A stretch of DNA of 61,511 nucleotides from Thermococcus sp. JdFR-02 (GTDB lineage Archaea > Methanobacteriota_B > Thermococci > Thermococcales > Thermococcaceae). The notes below the pieces were generated by a model. It had not been told where the DNA came from. It ran no database searches and saw only the letters and a program-made list of their open reading frames with translations. The stretch spans positions 1-61,511 of the forward strand of contig MTLP01000020.1 in the NCBI GenBank assembly GCA_002009975.1, in the 5' to 3' direction. This document shows, in pieces, positions 20,010 through 28,573 of this stretch; position 1 is the first letter of the stretch; each line of letters starts with the position of its first letter. Made by a program: the position numbers and the translations under genes.

Positions 20010-21338
20010 CTATCTCAACATATCTTCTAAATCAAAGACATGAAAGCCCTTTTCCCTGAGATCCTCTTTTCCATCCAGAGACTTGGCTATTATTCCATAG
20101 TGGAAGTCTCCTTCGAACTCGACCATTCTTGCCTTTCTCCTCAGAGCTCTAAGTATGTTTTCAGTCTTCTTCTCATTGAGGTCACTCCATTTAACTTCGA
20201 AGAGGAATATTTCATCGTCTCCAAGTGCAATTATGTCAATTTCCTCTCCCTTAAACCACCAGCGCCCGATTTCCTTAAATTCAACCGGTCTTTTCAAAAT
20301 TAGAAATTCTCTTGCGACATCTTCAAACTTCTTTGAAAACACCTTAGTCAAAGAGTCTTCATTAACCTCTACCTTTCCCAGAGAAATCCTGCCCTGATTT
20401 GGGTATACTAGAGTAAACCATGAAAGAAGGAGGTTGTTTCTGATTTTATATACACTCCTCTTTTTCTTCACTAGTATTGGGGTTTCCTTTTCAATGAAGC
20501 CCAAGCGCAACAGGTTCTCTATATATGGATAGATGCTCCTTGCGGGCTTTCCTATAAAGTTGGCAATCTCTTCAAGCCTTGTATTTCCATGGGAGATGGC
20601 ACTCAGTATTGAGAAATATACCTTGAGTTCTCTGAGCTCCTGGGAGAGGAGTATGTATGGTTCATTGTAGAAAAAGCCACCATCACTTAAGAATTCCTCT
20701 TTTACAAGGTTTTCGATCGTTTTATGCCTCTTGGCAACATTGAGATAGGTTGGCGTTCCACCGATGAGCATGTAAGCTTGGATCCCATAATCTTTATCTT
20801 CAAAGAATTTTAAAGCGTTTAGGTAATCAAGCTCTTTCAGATGGATATCTCTCGTTCTTCTCCCGTAGAGGGGAGAGGCGTAGCTTAGAACTTCATCCCA
20901 CATCATTCCCAGCAGAGAGCCGGAGATGACGAGCATAACGTCTTTTTTGCTCAACTCGTGGTCCCATACTCTCTGGAGATCACTCAATATCTTCTTATCA
21001 CTTTTTATGGCATAGGTGAACTCATCTAAGATTATTAAGGTTTTTTCTGGAAGTTTATCAGCCATATATGTGAAAAGTTCTTTCCAATCGTTCAGTTCGA
21101 GCTTTTCGAGCCACTTATCATTAAGAAATTTTGCCAGCTCACGTTTGAACTCCTCAATTTGGATCTCTTTTACAGCTTCAGGAAACGTGAAGAAGAATGA
21201 GTTTTTGTTTTTGGCAAATTCCTGAAGAAGTCTTGTTTTCCCAACTCTCCTTCTACCGTAAAGGACAACAAAAGAAGGGGTGTTTTCCCACTCTCTCTGA
21301 AGCAGGGCGGTTTCTTTCTCTCTATCCACAAACTCCAT
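20010..21338 (-). CDS. Archaeal ATPase + wHTH + DUF234 nuclease-like domain (ATPase B)
   Basis: FVDREKE, YGRRRVGKT, LDEF, SPLYGRRT and EIDIIA..FEVKW motifs. Confidence 0.9.
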   Translation of the reverse strand: MEFVDREKETALLQREWENTPSFVVLYGRRRVGKTRLLQEFAKNKNSFFFTFPEAVKEIQIEEFKRELAKFLNDKWLEKLELNDWKELFTYMADKLPEKTLIILDEFTYAIKSDKKILSDLQRVWDHELSKKDVMLVISGSLLGMMWDEVLSYASPLYGRRTRDIHLKELDYLNALKFFEDKDYGIQAYMLIGGTPTYLNVAKRHKTIENLVKEEFLSDGGFFYNEPYILLSQELRELKVYFSILSAISHGNTRLEEIANFIGKPARSIYPYIENLLRLGFIEKETPILVKKKRSVYKIRNNLLLSWFTLVYPNQGRISLGKVEVNEDSLTKVFSKKFEDVAREFLILKRPVEFKEIGRWWFKGEEIDIIALGDDEIFLFEVKWSDLNEKKTENILRALRRKARMVEFEGDFHYGIIAKSLDGKEDLREKGFHVFDLEDMLR

Positions 21339-21386
21339 ACCACCACCATATTAATCATTGTCTCAAAAATATAAATAAGTTTCGAT

Positions 21387-21414
21387 TAATCATGATTATA
21401 TATAATCGTGATTA
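21387..21414. promoter_or_regulatory. Tandem palindromes upstream of ATPase B
   Basis: TAATCATGATTA (21387) and TAATCGTGATTA (21403), 16-bp period. Confidence 0.6.
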
Positions 21415-21426
21415 GAATATATTGTT

Positions 21427-21693
21427 TTGATGAAGGACATTTATACAGAGGATTACCTGAGAAAGCTGGGTTTGAATGAGAGGCAGATTAGAGCCGTGCT
21501 CTATGTAAAGGAGAGAGGGAAGATTGGGAATAAAGAGTATCAGGAGTTGTTTAATGTTTCGAGACAGACAGCAACAAGGGATTTGAGTGATTTGATTAGA
21601 TTGGGAATTTTCGAACGTGTCGAGAAAGGGAAGTATAAACTAAAGACTCACCATGAGTCAAATATGAGTCAAAAGGTGAAATCCCGTGAGTGA
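21427..21693 (+). pseudogene. Isolated C-terminal DeoR-like HTH fragment of a RecG-C/AlbA-type regulator
   Basis: LGLNERQ..I.NKEYQELFNVSRQTATRDLSDL; no RBS; normally the tail of a larger protein. Confidence 0.6.
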
Positions 21694-21790
21694 GGCAAGC
21701 GAAGCCTTAGAAAGCAACGATAATATTTCCCAAGTCTGAGTTGTTCAGAAAACCAAAAGTGTTATATATAATACTTTCTAATTTTTGGAC

Positions 21791-22726
21791 ATGAATACTC
21801 TATCAAAAATGGAAGTTAGAACACTTTTGAAACTTAAGAGAGAGGAAACTATAATTGAGTTAGCTAATGAATTAGGTTTATCCATTTATCGAACCTCTAT
21901 TCTTGTTGCATCCCTCAAAAGAAAAGGTTTGGTAAAGACGAAAAAAAGAGGGAAGTATAAAATAGTGTCGTTAAGTGAGGCAAAGCCTGCGGAACTTTTT
22001 AAAGGGTTGGTCTCTAAGTTTGGTCATATGCCCCTTGATAGCATTTTAAGTGGGAAAAGTCTACCACTTCTAGCCGTTCTTAAGGTCACTCCTCTAAGTG
22101 CCTATGAGCTCTGCATAAAGAGTAGCCTTTCAAGGAGTACTCTCTACTACATACTTAACAAGCTTTCTAATTACGGCATCATTGGAGAGAAAGACGGAAA
22201 ATATTTTCTAGTGGAGAGATATAGGTTGTTTCATGAGTTTGCTAAAGAATTTTATGAGCTACAAAATTCTATTAAGGCTAGGGAGTTCTGTAAAGATTCC
22301 GCTGTGATATGGAGTGGAGTTGGGGAATTTATTCTGTTAACTAGGGAGTACAAAGGAAAGGATGCTGAAAACTTCCACTTAACTGGGCTTGAACGATTTA
22401 GTGATTTCGGTATAGATCTTATTGGAACTGGGCAGTATCATTATTATTATTCTGAAAAAGTAAAGGGGCTTTCCCTAGAAGAGATTATTGTGCATGCACT
22501 ACTCATTGATTTCAGCACAAGAACAATTTTGTATTCAATAGTTCTCTTGCTAGCGTATAAGGATAAGATAAATCAAAAGAAGCTTTTTAAGCTTGGTAGA
22601 AAATACGATGTCAGCGTGAGCGAATTGCTGGAATATCTCGAAGGCAAAGAAGTTAAAAAGTATCCCTACCCCTCTATGGAGGAAGTGAAAGAAATTTTCA
22701 AAATGTACTTTGGTGAAGAGAAGTGA
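21791..22726 (+). CDS. Double winged-helix protein, putative antitoxin/regulator of the downstream nucleotidyltransferase
   Basis: Two HTH repeats (IELANELGLS..; AYELCIKSSLSRSTLY); stop overlaps the next start. Confidence 0.65.
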   Translation: MNTLSKMEVRTLLKLKREETIIELANELGLSIYRTSILVASLKRKGLVKTKKRGKYKIVSLSEAKPAELFKGLVSKFGHMPLDSILSGKSLPLLAVLKVTPLSAYELCIKSSLSRSTLYYILNKLSNYGIIGEKDGKYFLVERYRLFHEFAKEFYELQNSIKAREFCKDSAVIWSGVGEFILLTREYKGKDAENFHLTGLERFSDFGIDLIGTGQYHYYYSEKVKGLSLEEIIVHALLIDFSTRTILYSIVLLLAYKDKINQKKLFKLGRKYDVSVSELLEYLEGKEVKKYPYPSMEEVKEIFKMYFGEEK

Positions 22727-22974
22727 GTGTGGTAACTAGAGAAAAAATAATATCTGAATTTCATCTGCTGGAAGAGAAAGCTAGATTACTGTCCATTAAG
22801 CCTGTGCAGGTTTACATGATTGGCGGTGGAAATTTGGCTCTTAGAGGACTCAAAAGTGCAACAAAGGATATTGACATTGTAGTGTTAGATGAAATACAGT
22901 TTTCTCTCCTGCAAAACCTTTTAGAGAGTCCACAATTATTGCCTGTTTATGTGAGGCACTTATTACAAACTTAA
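22723..22974 (+). pseudogene. Truncated DUF6036/AbiEii-like nucleotidyltransferase
   Basis: IGGGNLALRGLKSATKDIDIV NTase motif; ORF ends after only 83 aa. Confidence 0.65.
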
Positions 22975-23104
22975 AGCCATCATAATTGAAGGGTGAACCC
23001 ATGAGTGAAGCTATCTCCAAGCTCAGAAATCAGGGAGCAGGGCTCTTCTATCTTTAGACATTGATTTTGTTGCTTTTGAAAGCAAATTTAGGAAATTAAA
23101 GAGT

Positions 23105-24511
23105 TTAGCTATCCCTCAAAATTTGGAGGATTGCCCTCTCATCTAGCACTATTAACTCATCCGGCACGTTCTTCACCTTCCTAGCTACCAGAAGGTAATA
23201 GCTCTCCCCCTTCCAATTGCTCAGCTCGACTTTTCTCTTCAGCTCTTCAAGAAGTTTTTCACCGTTTATAGGCTTGTTTCTCCACTTGCACTCGCCAAAT
23301 AAGGCTCTTTTTCTGTCCCGACTGAGGGCTACTATGTCTATTTCATAGACTTTTCGCTGTCCATTTTCTCTATAATAGCCCCAATGTCGCCCTATCTCGA
23401 TGAATTTGAAGGGTAGTTCTTTCTTGCTATTTAAAATCCAGAGCAATTCTCTGCAGATGAAATCGAACCTCTTTCCAGTGTAGTCAGGCAACATGGAGAT
23501 TACTTCTCTCCCAAGATCTTCACGCATTGCCTCATACTCACTCTGCCTCGGATGAACAAAACGGAACCAGAAGTTGAGCAGTGAATGATTTATATAAAGT
23601 ACTCTTTCCTTTCCGAGGATGGCTTTATCGTAGGAGAGCAACTTAAAATAATCCACTAACTCTTTAACCTGTCTTGTCAACGACGTTTCTTCCCGATTCA
23701 TGTATCCTGCTATTTTGCTAATTGATGTGGCTCCATTAGCCACGGCTTCAAGTATATCGTAATACACTCCAGAACGCCTCCCGAACTCAAGGGAGAGTAT
23801 CCTCGGCACTTCTTCCTCTAACGGTGCCGAGAGAGAGAAGAAAAGAGTGCTAATGATTTCCTCTGCACTCTTTCCTTCAAGTCCTTCATCTTCAATAGCT
23901 ACGTAGTACTTGGGAAAGCCGCCAAAAACTGCGTAAAGCTTCATAAAGTCATCAATATCTTTTATTCCAAGTTCCCTTGACATTTTATAACTGGCTTTAA
24001 TTCCAAGCTCCTTCATATGGAGTTCTCGCTTTATCCTCTCGTAGAGCGGCTCATTTGAATCTCTGAAGAGCTTTTCAATCATTCCAACTGTTGAACCGGT
24101 AAAGATCAGCATGAGGTTTTTCCTGTTCTCGTGGATGTCTATGAACTTTTGAAGGGTTGAGAACACTGAAGGCTCAACCCTCTGGAAGTCCTGAAATTCA
24201 TCGAAGACGACAACGCCATTAAATCTTTCGAAAAGTACTTCAAAAAACTCATTCCAGCTCGATATACGTTCATACTTTGTTATGACTCCTTTTTTCCTCA
24301 GAATTTCTTCGTACTCTCTCAAAAGGGATTTGGAAGTCTTACCTCTATTAACGAAGAAATAGAGGTCTTTTTCTCCTAAGAACTCAAGGAGGAGTCTCGT
24401 TTTGCCAACTCGCCTTAATCCATAAACCATGATAGTGTAGAGCTTCTTTTTTGAGCGTTCTCTTGCTTCTTCAAGTATTTTCATCTCAACCTCTCTGTCG
24501 ATGAAACGCAT
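23105..24511 (-). CDS. Archaeal ATPase + wHTH + DUF234 nuclease-like domain (ATPase C)
   Basis: MRFIDREVE, YGLRRVGKT, FDEFQ, GGFPKY and EIDIVA..FGECKW motifs. Confidence 0.9.
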   Translation of the reverse strand: MRFIDREVEMKILEEARERSKKKLYTIMVYGLRRVGKTRLLLEFLGEKDLYFFVNRGKTSKSLLREYEEILRKKGVITKYERISSWNEFFEVLFERFNGVVVFDEFQDFQRVEPSVFSTLQKFIDIHENRKNLMLIFTGSTVGMIEKLFRDSNEPLYERIKRELHMKELGIKASYKMSRELGIKDIDDFMKLYAVFGGFPKYYVAIEDEGLEGKSAEEIISTLFFSLSAPLEEEVPRILSLEFGRRSGVYYDILEAVANGATSISKIAGYMNREETSLTRQVKELVDYFKLLSYDKAILGKERVLYINHSLLNFWFRFVHPRQSEYEAMREDLGREVISMLPDYTGKRFDFICRELLWILNSKKELPFKFIEIGRHWGYYRENGQRKVYEIDIVALSRDRKRALFGECKWRNKPINGEKLLEELKRKVELSNWKGESYYLLVARKVKNVPDELIVLDERAILQILRDS

Positions 24512-24514
24512 TAT

Positions 24515-24545
24515 ATTCACCTACTGAATTATTCACTTAGTGAAT
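24515..24545 (-). promoter_or_regulatory. Tandem palindromic operator between TATA box and start of ATPase C
   Basis: ATTCA-CCTAC-TGAAT (24515) and ATTCA-CTTAG-TGAAT (24531), 16-bp period. Confidence 0.6.
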
Positions 24546-24592
24546 ATATAAATTTATCTGTGTAGGAAAACGGTCCAAAAAAGTTGGAGATT

Positions 24593-24623
24593 CCTGACCT
24601 CTCCTCCTGAAGGGCGAGGCTTG
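24593..24623 (-). repeat. Solo IS200/IS605-end-like palindromic element, copy 1
   Basis: Minus strand caagcctcgcccttcaggaggagaggtcagg; near-identical to 50032-50058. Confidence 0.55.
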
Positions 24624-24661
24624 AGGGAGAAAAAAATGTTAAGGTGGAGGAATGTTAGGCT

Positions 24662-25900
24662 TCAATTGACCTTTCCGATCAGCCATTCCCAAAGGGGGAC
24701 AACATTCACCTTTCTTCCCCCTTCTGCTATCGTTCCTTTCTCATCCCATGTTATTACACTCAGCCTTTTGGCCTTTAACATCTTTCCTACCTCCACTAGG
24801 TTCTTAACTTCCCTTCCATAATTATCTTCGGTTATCTCTTTTGTGACCTGTATCACCTCCTCCACCTTTAACCCTTTTTTCAAAATGAAGTCGACCTCTC
24901 TTTTATCGTCCCGCCAGTAGTACAGTTTATAACCTCTTCTCAAGAGTTCAATAGCAACTGCATTTTCCATTTTCCTGTCAAAATCTGGTGATGGAGTAAA
25001 ACCTGCACTCAAAAAGGCGGGATCAATAATATAGGCTTTTCTCGGAGATTTCAAGCTTTCTCGTATCTTGTAAGAAAAGCGCTCTGCTTTGACAATTATA
25101 AAGGCCTCCTCAAGATATTCAACGTAATTTTTCACAGTGTGCACACTGCCAATGTTTAGAGCATTCTTCAGCTTCGTGTAGCTGAACTCTCTAGCAAAGT
25201 TAGAGACAAGATAGAGAGAGAGCTCGTAAAGGGTTGAGGAGTACTTCACGTTCCTTCGCTTAACTACATCCTTCATTATGATGCTGTCAAAAAGCATTCT
25301 CCCATAGTCACGATAATCATAGCCCTTGACAATCACCTCTGGAAAGCCCCCTTTTTCCAGATACTCGGAAAGTTTTGAGAGCATTTTTCCTTCCTGAGAG
25401 CTCATCTCCACCTTTGGCTCAATTTTTTTAGCCCTCAAGGATTCCCTGAAGGAGAATGGAAAAACTTTAACTTCAACATATCTCCCCGTTAGATGGGTTG
25501 CCAGCTCGCTGCTTAGCAGTTTCGAATTCGAGCCAGTAAGAACGACGTTATAGCCCAATCTTCTGAGCCTATTGACAAAAAGTTCCCAGCCCTTAACATT
25601 CTGGATTTCATCGAGAAAGATAGTTTTAAACTCTCCATAAACCTCATGAGCAAGCTTTAAGATCTCGTTGAGGTCTTCTATTTTGGCCAATACCTCATCA
25701 TCGAAGTTTACATAACCAAAATTTTCTTTAAGAGTGTTTACTGCCAAAAAGCTTTTTCCCGCCCTTCGAGGTCCAGTTATTACCTTTATCAGGTCAGTTG
25801 GAAGGTACTGCTTGAGTTTTCCCTCAGCTTCTCTCTCAACATAGTGTTCTTTTCTCAACTTTTCTAATTCATACTTTTGGGCTATTATGTGCTCCCTCAT
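24662..25900 (-). CDS. AAA_14 + DUF4143 ATP-binding protein (ATPase D)
   Basis: GPRRAGKS, LDEIQ, TGSNS, LTGR, GGFPE, EN.VA and EVDF motifs. Confidence 0.9.
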   Translation of the reverse strand: MREHIIAQKYELEKLRKEHYVEREAEGKLKQYLPTDLIKVITGPRRAGKSFLAVNTLKENFGYVNFDDEVLAKIEDLNEILKLAHEVYGEFKTIFLDEIQNVKGWELFVNRLRRLGYNVVLTGSNSKLLSSELATHLTGRYVEVKVFPFSFRESLRAKKIEPKVEMSSQEGKMLSKLSEYLEKGGFPEVIVKGYDYRDYGRMLFDSIIMKDVVKRRNVKYSSTLYELSLYLVSNFAREFSYTKLKNALNIGSVHTVKNYVEYLEEAFIIVKAERFSYKIRESLKSPRKAYIIDPAFLSAGFTPSPDFDRKMENAVAIELLRRGYKLYYWRDDKREVDFILKKGLKVEEVIQVTKEITEDNYGREVKNLVEVGKMLKAKRLSVITWDEKGTIAEGGRKVNVVPLWEWLIGKVN

Positions 25901-26046
25901 CTTGTGCACCTAAGAAAATATAGTGCATAAAATTTAAAAAATTTGTGCAGTTTAGTGCATATTCTTGAGTTATGGTCCACTTCTTCAAGGGTCTTTCTGA
26001 GGAAGCCGAAGTTGGAGATAATTCTCAATTAATGCTTTGAGGGAAA

Positions 26047-26125
26047 ATGAAGGTTCTAGTAACGGCAGAAGCTGGTTTTATAGGAGCAATTTTAAAGCTG
26101 AGAATTGGGAAATAAACAATTTTGA
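26047..26125 (+). pseudogene. Decayed 5' fragment of an RmlB-like NAD-dependent dehydratase
   Basis: Reads MKVLVTAEAGFIG, then frameshifted SNF and NWEINN, resembling the RmlB N-terminus. Confidence 0.5.
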
Positions 26126-26212
26126 GCTTATTTCAAGCTCATTAGAAAAGTTGATGTGAGTATACAAAATGCTTATATATTTGTATTACAAATGTATCTG
26201 CAGGTGAATTAC

Positions 26213-26443
26213 ATGGGAAATGTTATTAGTATTCGTGTTCCGCCGGAAATTAAGCACGAAATGGATAAGTTAAAGGGTGAAGTTAACTGGAGTGAGGAAA
26301 TTAGGGAATTCATAAAAAAGAGGATTAAAGAATACAAAAAGAGAAAAGCCCTCCAGGAGGTTGTAGCCTACATCCAAACCTTGCCCGAGGCACCAAAAGG
26401 AACAGCACAAGAGTTAGTGAGGGAGGACCGTGATAGTCATTGA
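26213..26443 (+). CDS. VapB-type antitoxin (RHH-like)
   Basis: VISIRVPPE..VNWSEEIREFI..VREDRD; overlaps the PIN gene; upstream palindrome tttgtattacaaa. Confidence 0.85.
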   Translation: MGNVISIRVPPEIKHEMDKLKGEVNWSEEIREFIKKRIKEYKKRKALQEVVAYIQTLPEAPKGTAQELVREDRDSH

Positions 26444-26846
26444 CTCCTCGGCTTTTTCAAAGTTTTTATTAAAGGAAGAAGGCTGGGAAAAGGTAATCCC
26501 CTACTTAGACCCAGGCTTAGAACCACATGCCGTAGATATGTTAATCATTGAGACAACAAATGTGATATGGAAATACATGAAAAAGTACAAGCTAATAACG
26601 AGAGAACAAGCTATAGGACTTTACAGGCAGATGACAAAGCTCATAAGGGAGGAAGTTATAACGCTGGAGCCAGGGGAGAAATATTTGCAGGGAGCTTTGA
26701 AAATTGCTATAGATTATGACATTTCCATTTATGACAGCCTGTTCTTGGCACAGGCTGGAAATTTAAAAGCCGAACTGATTACAAGCGATAAAAGACAAAG
26801 AGACGTGGCGAGAGAAATTGGACTGGGAGTAGTGTACATAAAATAA
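26430..26846 (+). CDS. VapC PIN-domain toxin
   Basis: VIDSS, E, YDSLFL and ITSD PIN acidic motifs. Confidence 0.9.
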   Translation: MIVIDSSAFSKFLLKEEGWEKVIPYLDPGLEPHAVDMLIIETTNVIWKYMKKYKLITREQAIGLYRQMTKLIREEVITLEPGEKYLQGALKIAIDYDISIYDSLFLAQAGNLKAELITSDKRQRDVAREIGLGVVYIK

Positions 26847-26925
26847 CGCTCCGTATCCGGGTTACTTTTGTTTATGCCTGCTAAAACCAAAATATTTAAA
26901 TATTCGAGTCATGCTTATTATAATC

Positions 26926-28296
26926 ATGATTCGAAAATTTGTAAACCGGAAGAGGGAGCTCGAAGTCCTGGAGAGAGCATGGAGGAAAGGCTTTCGGCTT
27001 TTTGTGGTCTACGGGAGAAGAAGGGTGGGAAAGACTGCCCTTCTGAGGAAACTCTTGGAAAATAAAAGGGGCATATATTTTCTCTGCTCCCAGAGGGGGT
27101 ATGGGAAAGACATCAAAAGATTTTCTCACGAGATAAGTTCTTTTATTGGTACTCCGGTAAGATTCGAAAGCTTTAGGGATGCATTTAGGTTCCTAAAGGG
27201 ACAGGGGAGGCTTTTGGTGATTCTTGATGAGTTCCCTTACTTGATAGAGGCAGACAAGGGCGTTACATCTGAGTTTCAGGAGGTGGTGGATATAGTGCTT
27301 GAGGGTTCAGAGATCACCATTATCCTCTGCGGTTCGAGCGTTGGAATGATGGAGCGTGAGGTTCTCAGCTACAAGAGCCCTCTCTACGGGCGAGCAAGTG
27401 GGGTTCTGAAGGTCAAACCATTCCGCTTCTTCGATATGGTGGAATGGTTTGGAAAGGACTTTGAGAAGCTTTTAAGACTCTATGGGGTCACGTGGGGGAT
27501 TCCCAAGTACATGGAATTCTTTAAAACGGGGAGCGATGATGAGATTATCAACAACTTCTTTGACCCGAGTGCATTTCTTTTCAATGAGGCGAGGCTTCTC
27601 CTCATGGAGGAACTGAGGAATCCAACCAGATATATGCAGATTATCGAGGCCATAGCCATGGGAAAAACCCGGCTTAACGAGATCGCTCAGTACGTTGGGA
27701 TGGATGCCAAAGATCTATCTGCATATCTTAGGGTGCTCTCGAATCTTGGAATTGTGAGGCGAGAAGTTCCAGTAACAGAGAGGAAAGCCAAGAGAGGGAT
27801 TTATGTTATAGAAGATGAGTACTTCCGTTTTTACCACCGCTTCGTCAGTCCGCATTATGAGGAGATAGACTCCCTCAATCCTGAGCCAGCAATTCAGGAT
27901 TTCCTGGGGAACTTTAACACCTATCTTGGAAAGACCTTCGAAAAAGCAGCCAAAGAGTTTTTAATAGAACTTAATAAGTATGGGAGGTTGCCGTTTAAAT
28001 TTACAGAGATCGGAAAGTGGTGGCATAAAAATGAGGAAATTGATCTCGTTGTGCTGAACAAAAGGAAAAATACGGCCCTGCTGGTGGAGGTAAAGTGGAA
28101 GGAGTTGAGCGAGAAAGAAGCGAGGGGGGTTTTGAAAGATTTAAAGCGTAAAAGTGGGCTTGTTGGGTTAAAAAACTGGCAGAAGTATTACGGGTTGATA
28201 GCGAAGGGCATTGAAGGTAAGGAAGCTCTTAAAAGTGAGGGCTGGTTCCTGTGGGATTTAGAAGATTTCAAGAATTTGAATTTTAAGATTAGATGA
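26926..28296 (+). CDS. Archaeal ATPase + wHTH + DUF234 nuclease-like domain (ATPase E)
   Basis: FVNRKRE, YGRRRVGKT, LDEFP, SPLYGR and EIDLV..VEVKW motifs; start ATG lies within palindrome TAATCATGATT. Confidence 0.9.
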   Translation: MIRKFVNRKRELEVLERAWRKGFRLFVVYGRRRVGKTALLRKLLENKRGIYFLCSQRGYGKDIKRFSHEISSFIGTPVRFESFRDAFRFLKGQGRLLVILDEFPYLIEADKGVTSEFQEVVDIVLEGSEITIILCGSSVGMMEREVLSYKSPLYGRASGVLKVKPFRFFDMVEWFGKDFEKLLRLYGVTWGIPKYMEFFKTGSDDEIINNFFDPSAFLFNEARLLLMEELRNPTRYMQIIEAIAMGKTRLNEIAQYVGMDAKDLSAYLRVLSNLGIVRREVPVTERKAKRGIYVIEDEYFRFYHRFVSPHYEEIDSLNPEPAIQDFLGNFNTYLGKTFEKAAKEFLIELNKYGRLPFKFTEIGKWWHKNEEIDLVVLNKRKNTALLVEVKWKELSEKEARGVLKDLKRKSGLVGLKNWQKYYGLIAKGIEGKEALKSEGWFLWDLEDFKNLNFKIR

Positions 28297-28340
28297 TAAT
28301 ACTAAAGTGAATCAATAAGCGAAGCTCTGCGGAGGATTGG

Positions 28341-28494
28341 GGAACAAAAGTCCTTGGAAGATCAATTATTGGACTCTATAATAAGAAATTTTACTATATG
28401 GTGTTCGATCATTGATGAGAAATGTGAGATAAGGAATTTGGAGCTTAAGAAGAGCTTGGTTGGTGGACATGCGAAGATACAGAGGGGAGATTAA
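28341..28494 (+). pseudogene. Decayed duplicate of the 3' end of the NDP-sugar synthase (8937-9932)
   Basis: GTKVLGRSIIG / DSI / IRNFTIWCSIIDEKCEIRNLELKKSLVGGHAKIQRGD* matches the gene's C-terminus with internal deletions. Confidence 0.9.
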
Positions 28495-28573
28495 GGATTT
28501 GTTGTATGCTACTACATTTAGTAAGTGAAATCCTCAATAAACCTTTTAATCTCTGCATGTAGTATTTTAAAAT

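Noticed and set aside
21647-21673. gactca-cca-tgagtc palindrome and atgagtcaaa direct repeat at the end of the HTH fragment
   Set aside because: Short, inside a probable pseudogene tail, and no independent support for function
23054-23103. Possible nuclease-domain relic (LDIDFVAFESKFRKLK)
   Set aside because: Too short to distinguish from chance without a search
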